From positions 1 to 64,000 of the IMG/VR virus record IMGVR_UViG_3300034137_000032: a DNA stretch of 64,000 nt, one strand, 5' to 3'. A program made the position numbers and the translations under genes. Each line of letters starts with the position of its first letter. The stretch's first letter is position 1. The notes under the pieces are model-generated. The model was not told where the DNA came from. It ran no database searches and worked only from the letters and a program-made list of their open reading frames with translations. This stretch comes from a virus. Positions 1-8,090 of this stretch are shown here, one piece after another.

Positions 1-349
1 TCCCTACCGTGCCGTCTGGGAACTCGACAATTGCGGTGGAGTAGGGGCCGTAGCTTTCGCCATTGTCATCGCTGGCCATGCCCCAGGCATGGAAGATGGC
101 CTCGCCCTTTTCATAGCGCTCCGTGCCAATGCCGGGTCCTTTAGCACGTATCGCAGTCACCATGACGGGACGCAGGCCGTCGATAGGTGAGGCCATGTTC
201 AAAGGTGCGATCACTATTTCAAGATCCTTTGGCAAAGCCTCCCAAGCCACCGCCGCGCACGCCTTCGAGCAGCAGAAGCGCTGCCGCAAAAAAGACTTGG
301 CTGGAATGACGACATCATGCGTACAGACTGGATTAGCGCACTTGCTCAC
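1..349 (-). CDS. Phage hypothetical protein, 3'-truncated by window edge; Cys-rich N-terminus
   Basis: Read manually: GTG at 349 overlaps the stop of the upstream ORF; VSKCANPVC...FCCSKAC...AIFHAWG...YSTAIVEFPDGTV stays open to base 1. Confidence 0.6.
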   Translation of the reverse strand, partial: MSKCANPVCTHDVVIPAKSFLRQRFCCSKACAAVAWEALPKDLEIVIAPLNMASPIDGLRPVMVTAIRAKGPGIGTERYEKGEAIFHAWGMASDDNGESYGPYSTAIVEFPDGTVG

Positions 350-585
350 GATACGGCCTCCGCCTTCAGCGCCATGCACTGATTCAAATCCACGCAGCCG
401 CTCTTGCCTTCCAGCCAGCTCACAGCGCTGTGACCGCCCATTACTTCGCTGTAAGATTTGCCACGATGGGTTTCGCCGTGGCCGCGGGTTGATTCGAAGG
501 CAATCACCGCGCCCACCGGGTGCTGGGCATTCCAGTTGTGGCATTTGGTTCGCAGCTGAGCTGCTGTCGGGATGTTGCGGGACAT
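346..585 (-). CDS. Phage hypothetical protein (79 aa)
   Basis: GGAGG RBS before ATG at 585 (MSRNIPTAAQ...); C-terminal part of ORF 346..792. Confidence 0.6.
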   Translation of the reverse strand: MSRNIPTAAQLRTKCHNWNAQHPVGAVIAFESTRGHGETHRGKSYSEVMGGHSAVSWLEGKSGCVDLNQCMALKAEAVS

Positions 586-680
586 GGTAGGCCCTCCAGG
601 GCGTTGCGCTTTAATGGGGTGAACTCTACCCACGCCGCAACCAGATTGCAAGCATAAAGTAACCGTAAGATTACATATTG

Positions 681-908
681 CTAAGTAATGAAATCGAACT
701 GGCACGTCACCATGCAGAAGTAACGCCACAGGGCTCCATTCATGCGGGTGCGGCCGCTCTCGTAGTTGGTCCAGGCGCGTCCGCTCACGCACACCATGTC
801 GCCAGCCGCAGCGGCGGTCAGTCGGGCATTGGCGCGTGCGAGCGAGACGTCGGCAGGGGAGGGAGTGGAAGGCCTGGGCGGGGGTAGGCGTTTGCGGGGC
901 TTTCTCAT
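681..908 (-). CDS. Small XRE-type helix-turn-helix regulator
   Basis: ARANARLTAAAAGDMVCVSGRAWTNYESG fits the XRE HTH pattern; ATG at 908 chosen as start. Confidence 0.65.
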   Translation of the reverse strand: MRKPRKRLPPPRPSTPSPADVSLARANARLTAAAAGDMVCVSGRAWTNYESGRTRMNGALWRYFCMVTCQFDFIT

Positions 909-1066
909 TGCTGGTTTGTTCCTACTTTCCCTCAGCCAGTACGAACAAACGACCGGTTTCAGGTATGCCAGGAGCCCGCCAGGCAAGGGGCCAGGGGGCT
1001 GAAAAGGCGAGGCCGCAGGATTGCGCAGGGAGCACGATCGGCATTACGGCCATGCCGTGAGGTGGA

Positions 1067-2029
1067 TTAGGGCTCCAGATCACCCAGGAGGGCCTCGCGC
1101 TCGGCCAGCGTCTCCTTGTCGGCCATTGCTTTGGCCTCGGCCGCTTCGTAGAGCGCATCCAGCTCCTCGGCGGTCATCTGCTGACCCATGTTCAGATCCA
1201 GCTTGTCGTTATAGAACCCTTCGTGGCGCGCCAGCATGTCCAGCGCCTTAGTGCGCTCGTAGACCACCATCTCGGGGCCGAACTTACCGGGCTTGGTGCC
1301 GCCGTAGGCCATGCGGGCCTGGGGCGACATATTGCGGCTGTCTTTCATGACGATCTTAGGCACGCCATCCCCGAAGCATTCCATGCATTCAGGGTTCGGG
1401 CCTTCCTTGGGGTTGAACCCGGTACCGCCCTTTTCGTCGAACTGGGGCATTTCTTCACCGTTGTCCGCAGCTGCTGCGCACTCGGTGTTGTACTCCTCCT
1501 CTCGGGCTTCCATCTCGCTACGGGTGAACTGGTAGCGGTTGTCCCTGCCCCAGCAGTAGCGGCAGGCGTCGATGCGGTTCTCGATCAGCTCATTGGTATC
1601 GACGGTCGCGATGCCATGCACGTACTTGTAGACGGTGTCGGCTTCAATACCCAGGCGTTCACGGCGCTCATGCTGGCGTCGGGAAATCTCGGCTTGAACC
1701 ATAACATTTGATAGCAGACGGCTTGCCTGTACCTGGGCAGTCCTCACGCTGTAGTGCGCACGTATAGCCGCTTGCGTGCCATTCAGATCGATCATGTACT
1801 CGTCGATGAATCTGGCCAGGCGTGCGTGCTTGGGATTATCGGGATCGATCGTCAGCGCATTGGCCAGCTCTACCGCTTCGTCCTCATCGGTAGGACCGAG
1901 AACCTTGGGGGCTGGCTTTTTGGCGGGGACTTTCTTGGCTGGCGCCTTCTTGGTGGCTGCCTTGGATGACGAGCGCTTGGGAGCTACCCCCTTCGCTATA
2001 TCAGCAGCGTTTCTCGGGGTACCGCTCAT
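1067..2029 (-). CDS. Terminase small subunit with Cys-rich insertion
   Basis: RFIDEYMIDLNGTQAAIRAHYSVRTAQVQASRLL is the TerS N-terminal motif; CRYCWG...CMECFGDG zinc motifs; late-promoter motif upstream. Confidence 0.85.
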   Translation of the reverse strand: MSGTPRNAADIAKGVAPKRSSSKAATKKAPAKKVPAKKPAPKVLGPTDEDEAVELANALTIDPDNPKHARLARFIDEYMIDLNGTQAAIRAHYSVRTAQVQASRLLSNVMVQAEISRRQHERRERLGIEADTVYKYVHGIATVDTNELIENRIDACRYCWGRDNRYQFTRSEMEAREEEYNTECAAAADNGEEMPQFDEKGGTGFNPKEGPNPECMECFGDGVPKIVMKDSRNMSPQARMAYGGTKPGKFGPEMVVYERTKALDMLARHEGFYNDKLDLNMGQQMTAEELDALYEAAEAKAMADKETLAEREALLGDLEP

Positions 2030-2273
2030 GTATGGCCTCGTGACTGGAATGAATGCCGCCTTTGAGCCATGGCGCGGCGTACCACTTCTGATCCGTCAGA
2101 AAGGTGGGATGGCAAACCCACTGACCTACTCGTTTTGTATGGTCTATGCGCCCAGGAACCGATGATGGTGAACACCAGCCCTTAGTTTTGGGACATGACC
2201 CCCGGCTAACTATCGAACCTGCGAACGAGCACGCTTAGCGTCTGCATCTATGGTGCATCACGCTACGGGGTTG

Positions 2274-2314
2274 ATTGTGGTGTACAGGGGAGAGGGGGGA
2301 ATGCGAGGGTTTCC
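2274..2314 (-). promoter_or_regulatory. Putative late promoter upstream of terS
   Basis: GGAAA-N30-CACAAT on minus strand, same spacing as 8 other sites. Confidence 0.6.
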
Positions 2315-2370
2315 GATCCACCTATGCGCCCATTGCGTGACGTGGTGGATCGGGATGGAGCTGGAACGTG

Positions 2371-2484
2371 TTAGGCGGAACACACCTGTACGCACCCATA
2401 GAGCACAGCGAGCATTCCAGCCGCAGCGGTGCCGAGAATCACGCGAGAGATACCGAGGGTGATGGCGAGCTGTCGCGGGCTCAT
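2371..2484 (-). CDS. Small hydrophobic protein (37 aa)
   Basis: Read manually: MSPRQLAITLGISRVILGTAAAGMLAVLYGCVQVCSA; ATGA overlap with upstream stop. Confidence 0.35.
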   Translation of the reverse strand: MSPRQLAITLGISRVILGTAAAGMLAVLYGCVQVCSA

Positions 2485-2879
2485 GCTGGTGCCCCGCCGT
2501 GGAAGTTGTCGTCGTGCCACTTCGAGCAGCTGCAGGCGCGATACGTGATCGCCAGGCGGAGCATGTCACGAACAGCGAGCGGGATCGCCACCACCAGGAT
2601 GGCCAGGAACACCCAGCCGACAACATCACCACGGCTGCCCATGTATGCGCACACCCATACGGCGAGGATCATCAGCACCAGGTACACGAGCGCGATCGGA
2701 GCCTGTGGCCAATTCAAGCGACGCTTACCCTTACAGCCACACGGCATAGGCCCTCGCTCATGGGGCTGGCTCATGGCGTAACGCGCCAGGCCATTGGCTG
2801 CAGTCACCTGCGGACGGATCACAGCAGCCAGGCAGCGAGCGAGCAGGGCGGCACTAATACGCGAGACCAGGCGCAGCAT
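2481..2879 (-). CDS. Membrane protein, 2 TM segments
   Basis: Two hydrophobic stretches; translationally coupled to neighbours. Confidence 0.55.
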   Translation of the reverse strand: MLRLVSRISAALLARCLAAVIRPQVTAANGLARYAMSQPHERGPMPCGCKGKRRLNWPQAPIALVYLVLMILAVWVCAYMGSRGDVVGWVFLAILVVAIPLAVRDMLRLAITYRACSCSKWHDDNFHGGAPA

Positions 2880-3625
2880 TACAGCTCCACCGCTGCAGTC
2901 GTGGCATTCATTAGCGCCAGCACATGGGCGAGCTTGCCGTTGACCGAGGCCAGCTGACCGGCGAGCGGGGCGCGGCTGTCATCGGGTGCGCTGGCTTCAC
3001 CATCCACCCCTGGCGTACTGGCCATCACCGGCGCCAGCTTGGTGACCAGGGCAGACAACGCATCGAGCAGAGCATCTGCAGACGTGTCGAGGTTGGTCAC
3101 CTCCTGGGGAATCGACGGCCTGATGGGCGCCGGGGTCTCGGCCGCGGTCACGGTGCTGGCCAGCGTCGTGCTGCCCGTGATACCGGCGAGCGTTGGCTGC
3201 AACATTACAGATTCCTTTGAATCAGGACCTGCCTTTACAGCCTGGGCGGTCAGGATGGCGGCGGTATGGTTATCGATCACCAGGACATCGGCGACAGGCG
3301 CGGCCTCGGCCTGGGTGTCGTCTACCGGCAGCCGCTCGACTTCAGCAACGGGCTCAGGCTCGGGCGCGACCTCCTGGGCCGGGATCTCGACAGTGGCTTC
3401 GACCGGATCTTCAACCGCCAGGGCGATGGTGTCAGACACATCCTGGGCATCACTGGTTGGGTATTCGGTTACGGCCGGTACTTCGACTACGACTTCGGAC
3501 ATGGATGATTGCCTCATACGTGAACTGATAAAACGGTGAAGCCAGGCGTCAAACCGGGCCTTGACCCACGGCCACACGATGGCGATCGCATTGAACCCCA
3601 CCACCAGAATGACTCTTTTCGACAT
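2879..3625 (-). CDS. Hypothetical protein, N-terminal hydrophobic segment, acidic Pro/Ala-rich body
   Basis: 248-aa ORF coupled to the downstream gene. Confidence 0.6.
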   Translation of the reverse strand: MSKRVILVVGFNAIAIVWPWVKARFDAWLHRFISSRMRQSSMSEVVVEVPAVTEYPTSDAQDVSDTIALAVEDPVEATVEIPAQEVAPEPEPVAEVERLPVDDTQAEAAPVADVLVIDNHTAAILTAQAVKAGPDSKESVMLQPTLAGITGSTTLASTVTAAETPAPIRPSIPQEVTNLDTSADALLDALSALVTKLAPVMASTPGVDGEASAPDDSRAPLAGQLASVNGKLAHVLALMNATTAAVEL

Positions 3626-3670
3626 CAGCGCTTCCCCCGCGGGGGCAATGATGCAGGCCGACGCGCGGGG

Positions 3671-3916
3671 TCATGCGGGGGCCTTTCCGAGCGGCACGCG
3701 TAAAAGTATCGAGCACCAGCCGGACACACGACGCCGACCGCTCGGGGCAACACTGTCCATCAGCTGGAATCCGCGGGAGTCGAAAACCTCGGGGCCGTCC
3801 TCGCCTTGCTGGCGCATGAACCACGGGCGAACGCGCTCGCCCCGTATTCCTGGAACGAGGTCGCTAAGGACTATCGGGCCGGGCACTCCCCCCAGCTGGC
3901 GCAGTTGTTCCGCCAT
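3671..3916 (-). CDS. Hypothetical protein
   Basis: ATG at 3916 (MAEQLRQLGG...) within ORF 3671..3991; same strand as neighbours. Confidence 0.4.
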   Translation of the reverse strand: MAEQLRQLGGVPGPIVLSDLVPGIRGERVRPWFMRQQGEDGPEVFDSRGFQLMDSVAPSGRRRVSGWCSILLRVPLGKAPA

Positions 3917-4113
3917 ACCCCAGGTTCGACGCCAAGGGGTAGGACACACCGCCTGCGCGGCGCTGTTTGCTCTGCATATGGCCGGTGTCATTCCGGCTTT
4001 CTGGGCGGGCTCGTTGGGTCACGTACCTCCCGCCTCTCATCGCGTAGCCGACCAGTGACCTCCTGGGTATAGCCGACGCCTCTACCGACTTAGCCAGTCA
4101 ACCCTGGCGATTC

Positions 4114-5330
4114 ATCTGCATTGGAAAAAGGGGAGTCCTCAGACGCCGCCGTTTTTCCAATGCAGCCTGGCGAACCAGGTACACGGTGCAGTGATTCTGT
4201 ATCCGATGGAGGTCGGATCGGCATGCAAGGCCATTACGCCGGTCACCCACCTATCGGGCTCTGTCACCCCTTCATTACGCGTTCGGGGTTTTACGCGGCG
4301 ATCCAAACTTACTTTTAGATTGGGTTCAAGAGTCGCATCTCGCCAATTTCGGGCGGCTTTCGCCATGTTCTGTGCTCGTCTCTCCGAGCCGTCACGCCTA
4401 CGGTCCAGCTGCCTACTGATTGGTCGGGCGTTCCACAACCTTCTACCCCGGGGCACTTAGGGGCGGGCCTATCCAGCATTCGGCCTCGCAAAAAACACCG
4501 ACAGGAGGCGGCGGCTGGTTTTCAGCTTGCTGCAGATAGCAGCCCTCACGGAACTGCTGCCCTGATCATTGTCCGGCCGGGAGGCGAGGGAGTGATCAGC
4601 ACGTTGCATCTGCATTGGTCGCATCACTCACCCCCGTGAACCCACGACCGAGGGAGTAGGTGAATGATGCGACCGATGCAGCCTGAGCGACTGCCCGCGC
4701 TCAGGTGTTATCGGGCCGGTTACGTGTTCCGGCGCCAGCAAGCTGGCCGTATTGATGCAGTGCCCGGTGTTACCCGGCTAACGACGACTTAAGCACATGG
4801 TCAACCTCGTCGATCGGTGTCCCTTCGAGCGTCTAACGCAAACGAACCACACTCGCCATATTTACCGCCGCCACGAGGACGGATCACGATCTGCATCGGT
4901 AGAGGGCTTTAGTCGTCAGGTCGGACTGGGGGTTATCCGCAACCAAAGCGCTCTCCGATGCAGCCTCGACAAATATCACCCTGGAGGAAGTAACGTATTT
5001 GTCGAGGTATATCGGGCCGGTCTGATCCCGACAGTCAAAAGGCCCGTAGCTTGCCCAGTAACGCCCCACGTCGATTGCTGAATCCATCGCGGCAACCAAG
5101 TTGCAGTTGCTACGCTTCAAACAGCGCTGTCGGTGCTCTTTTGGCTTTCGCCTAGTTGGTTGCGGGAGCTGGATTTGAACCAGCGACCTTTGGGTTATGA
5201 GCCCAACGAGCTGCCAGACTGCTCTATCCCGCAATATTTCTATGCATCTGCATTGGTGAAGCTACCCGGGCGCCCCGACAGTGGGAGAGCTGGACCAGCG
5301 CCTAAGCGCCTGGGTACCTTCCCAATACAG
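4114..5330 (-). ncRNA. Array of four related hairpin units (candidate structured RNAs or processing signals)
   Basis: ATCTGCATYGG...CCRATRCAG stems at 4114, 4608, 4889 and 5246; three are directly followed by a CCT...AGG hairpin; strand inferred from flanking genes and a UUCG loop. Confidence 0.55.
5157..5233 (-). tRNA. tRNA-fMet (CAT), initiator type
   Basis: Full cloverleaf TGCGGGATAGAGCAG...GGGCTCATAACCC...TTCAAAT...CCCGCAACCA; three G:C pairs in anticodon stem; A11:U24; encoded CCA. Confidence 0.93.
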
Positions 5331-5415
5331 ACGCGAGGCCTGTATTGACTGGTTTTCGACATGACGGACCAGATCCGCTGCACACACCCATGACGGCGAC
5401 CCGCAGGATTTCGAA

Positions 5416-5691
5416 TTACGCGACAGCGTCTTTCAAAGCCTTGCCTGGCTTGAACTTAACGACGCGTCGTGCATCGATGGAGAGCGGTGCCCCCGTCTGC
5501 GGATTGCGGCCAGTACGAGCTTCGCGCTGCGAAGTTTCGAAGCTGCCGAAGCCGACCAGTACAACGTTGCCGCCTTGAGCCAGTTCGTCCTGGATAACTT
5601 CCAGAACCGAATCGACTGCCTGCTTAGCTGCGGCTACAGTGGGAAAACTCCCCTGTTCTTTTACAGCGTCAATCAATTGTTGCTTATTCAT
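5416..5691 (-). CDS. hup: HU-family DNA-binding protein
   Basis: MNKQQLI...LVGFGSF...ARTGRNPQTG...KFKPGKALKDAV is the HU/IHF signature. Confidence 0.95.
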   Translation of the reverse strand: MNKQQLIDAVKEQGSFPTVAAAKQAVDSVLEVIQDELAQGGNVVLVGFGSFETSQREARTGRNPQTGAPLSIDARRVVKFKPGKALKDAVA

Positions 5692-5734
5692 AGTTCGCTC
5701 TCGTTTGTTACTAATCAGTGGTGTTACAGCAATA

Positions 5735-5811
5735 TGGTGCCGGGAACAGGATTCGAACCTGCGACCTTCTCATTACGAATGAGCTGCTCTACCAAACTGA
5801 GCTATACCGGC
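5735..5811 (-). tRNA. tRNA-Thr (CGT)
   Basis: GCCGGTATAGCTCAG...CTCATTCGTAATGAG...GGTTCGAATCC...CCGGCACCA cloverleaf; U6:C67 mismatch in acceptor stem. Confidence 0.92.
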
Positions 5812-5831
5812 GTGCAACTAAGTTGCGAATT

Positions 5832-6485
5832 CTATTCGGCTAACAGCGGTATTAAGAATTGCTGATGCGCGTTCGTCTTATCCTTGAACGAAAGTTCTCG
5901 ATCAATGAAACCTAACCGCTTCTCTTCACTCTCAATACGCTCTCGCGCTCTTTTGCCTAACTTGACCATGCCTTGAATGGAACTTACCAGGCTGGCCCCG
6001 CCCCTACATTCAGTCTCAAAGTCGGGGTTCAATTCCAACAAGCGATGGAATCGTGTTTCAGCTTCGGCGGCCATCTCGGCCATTGCCTTCGCTTCTTTTC
6101 GGTCGTGATCCCTGCTATCTAAGGTCACCGCAACCGAGTTGCCGAGTGCCGAGGCGAACTTCATAAACTGGCTTTCGATCGTCTCGGTCACAGCCTTGAC
6201 GCCTAACGCCATTCGGTTCTCGACGGGGTCCGCTATGGGGTCGTCGATCGTTCCGAAAATGAAATCGGTCGGTACCATGTAAAGCTGGCAAACACTGATC
6301 AGCTCAGTCAGCGGGGGCAACCTGTCGCCACTCTCCCAAAGGGAAATTTGCGTTGCATTTTCGTGCTTTAGGTGATCCGCCACATCTTTCTGAGACAGCT
6401 TGCATGCCAGCCTGGCCATGCGCAGACGCTTGCCTACTTCTTGACAATTGATCTCGTAGAGGTCGTTGTCCTTGCGCATTGCCAT
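5832..6485 (-). CDS. XRE-family HTH regulator with long C-terminal extension
   Basis: GKRLRMARLACKLSQKDVAD...QISLWESGDRLP; ATG 6485 preferred over the upstream TTG. Confidence 0.8.
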   Translation of the reverse strand: MAMRKDNDLYEINCQEVGKRLRMARLACKLSQKDVADHLKHENATQISLWESGDRLPPLTELISVCQLYMVPTDFIFGTIDDPIADPVENRMALGVKAVTETIESQFMKFASALGNSVAVTLDSRDHDRKEAKAMAEMAAEAETRFHRLLELNPDFETECRGGASLVSSIQGMVKLGKRARERIESEEKRLGFIDRELSFKDKTNAHQQFLIPLLAE

Positions 6486-6675
6486 GTTGACTTGCCCGTC
6501 GGTGTTTGCCCTCACTCGATAAGCAAAGAGTAATAATTCCGTTAGCAACATGCAAGCGCGATTTTCGCTGATTTTTGAACTTTACCCGATTCTTACATTC
6601 GTAAACTATTAAACATCGATTTATGTGGTCTTAATAAAGAAAATTGTACGGCGATTGTTTCAATCTTGTTTCAAT

Positions 6676-7149
6676 TTATGCAAAACGTAATACATTTTCT
6701 ACGTGGTCGCGCAGTTCCTGCTCGCTCAAGTTCGCCCTATACACGTTTTTCAATGCTGCCGTGATGACATCTTGATAAATTTGTTCTGCCTTCTCCTGGC
6801 TGCAGTTGGCGTAACTAAGCGATGACGCCTGCAGCCGCACCTTGCCACGAATGTCAAACGTCGGCTTGTAGTGGCCTGCCAGGATGGTCAAGTCTTTGCG
6901 GAACCGGTCCTTGTTCGGCACCACCGGTTGCCCGAGGTACGTCTGCGTCGATAGGTTATGCTCGCAAAAGAAGTTGTAGGCCTCCCGGAAGAGAACCATG
7001 GTCTTCTTGAGGAACGCCCAGTTGCGCACCTCCTTGACCTCACAGCGCACGGCCGTTCCGACCTTGAACCGGCGCATGGCCTCGACATCCTCTTCAGTGG
7101 CCGGGCGAAACGATCCATCACCGTACTTGATCAGGTAAATCTCACTCAC
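6676..7149 (-). CDS. DUF1367/NinB-like protein
   Basis: RPATEED...EVRNWAFLKK...LTILAGHY...ASSLSYANC pattern of nin-region proteins. Confidence 0.7.
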   Translation of the reverse strand: MSEIYLIKYGDGSFRPATEEDVEAMRRFKVGTAVRCEVKEVRNWAFLKKTMVLFREAYNFFCEHNLSTQTYLGQPVVPNKDRFRKDLTILAGHYKPTFDIRGKVRLQASSLSYANCSQEKAEQIYQDVITAALKNVYRANLSEQELRDHVENVLRFA

Positions 7150-7396
7150 TGCCTTGAATCTCCAAGCGTGCCCGTACCAGGGCGTCGAGCTGCGGGTACA
7201 GGTGGGGGTTACGTTGCTTCTCCACGATCATCAGCCGACGGCGTTCGTCACGCGTAGGCAGGCTGAAGGCCCACTCTGTTATGTACTCATTGCGCACCCC
7301 GGCGCCCTGGACGCAATACAGGTTTTTCGGCGCGTAACAATTCGGGCAGCCCATGACGTGGTTCTGGTACGCCTCATGTGCTTCCTGCCAGCTCAT
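7142..7396 (-). CDS. Hypothetical protein with CxxC
   Basis: Overlapping start/stop with both neighbours. Confidence 0.6.
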   Translation of the reverse strand: MSWQEAHEAYQNHVMGCPNCYAPKNLYCVQGAGVRNEYITEWAFSLPTRDERRRLMIVEKQRNPHLYPQLDALVRARLEIQGSE

Positions 7397-7869
7397 GGCA
7401 GGAACTCAGTCAATTTGAATTCACCACCTGCCTGGCGCTCGGCCTTGACCATGCGGAAGATCGGCAGCGCCTCGGCGGCCAGCTTGATCTTGGCCTGCCC
7501 CTTTTCGGAGGTGTACGTGCCCTTCACCTCGAACATTGTCACCAAGCCGTCGCCCATCAGTGCGAGGAAGTCCAGCCGGTAATGCGTGTTCTTTGCCAGC
7601 TTGATGCTGAAGGGGTGGGCCTTCCACCACTGCACTTTGCCCTCTCGCTTCCACTGATCGAGCAGCTGGGCGAATGCCTGCTCGGTCTTGTTGAGCTGGC
7701 CTTCGGGCAAGCGCCCCAGCGCTTGCCACGCCTTCACACCGGTCGGCGCCGGTGTCGGTGCGCCAGCTGCGGCTGGGGTCGGTTTTGGCTTGGGCGGGTT
7801 TTTTGCCCGGGCGGCGCGGTTCTTTGCCTGCAGCTGCTCGAACGCCTCCGGCGTCATGCGGATGCTCAT
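7393..7869 (-). CDS. DUF1064-like PD-(D/E)XK nuclease
   Basis: NKTE...YRLDF...FEVKG motif. Confidence 0.7.
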   Translation of the reverse strand: MSIRMTPEAFEQLQAKNRAARAKNPPKPKPTPAAAGAPTPAPTGVKAWQALGRLPEGQLNKTEQAFAQLLDQWKREGKVQWWKAHPFSIKLAKNTHYRLDFLALMGDGLVTMFEVKGTYTSEKGQAKIKLAAEALPIFRMVKAERQAGGEFKLTEFLP

Positions 7870-8090
7870 GGCTTGACGCTACCGCGCGATGCCCGGCTGG
7901 GCAGGAACAGGGGCTTTTGACCCTGATCGAGCGGCCAGGGGATATCGGTACCGCAGGCCGAGCAGACTTTCAGGTACTGCGATCGCAGCAGCACCAGGTG
8001 GCGATCGCCGCACACGGGGCAGCGCGGGCCTGCCTCGGCGATCTGGGTGTATAGCAGGCGGCGCAGTGCCGCAACGATTCGGCGAATCAT
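7866..8090 (-). CDS. Small zinc-ribbon protein
   Basis: CPVCG...CSACG; ATG 8090 overlaps the upstream stop. Confidence 0.55.
   Translation of the reverse strand: MIRRIVAALRRLLYTQIAEAGPRCPVCGDRHLVLLRSQYLKVCSACGTDIPWPLDQGQKPLFLPSRASRGSVKP

Noticed and set aside
1785-1850. Clustered GATC sites in terS as a P1-like methylation-controlled pac site
   Set aside because: Only a few sites, explained by Ile/Asp codons; no TGATCA/G hexamer array; no Dam gene in the window
4265-4310. Resemblance of AAAACCCCGAACGCGTAATGAAG to large-subunit rRNA
   Set aside because: Short match with no surrounding rRNA similarity; not an rRNA gene
4114-5330. CRISPR array interpretation of the repeated ATCTGCATTGG units
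   Set aside because: Spacing is irregular (280-500 bp), repeats are paired stem arms rather than direct repeats with unique spacers, and there are no cas genes
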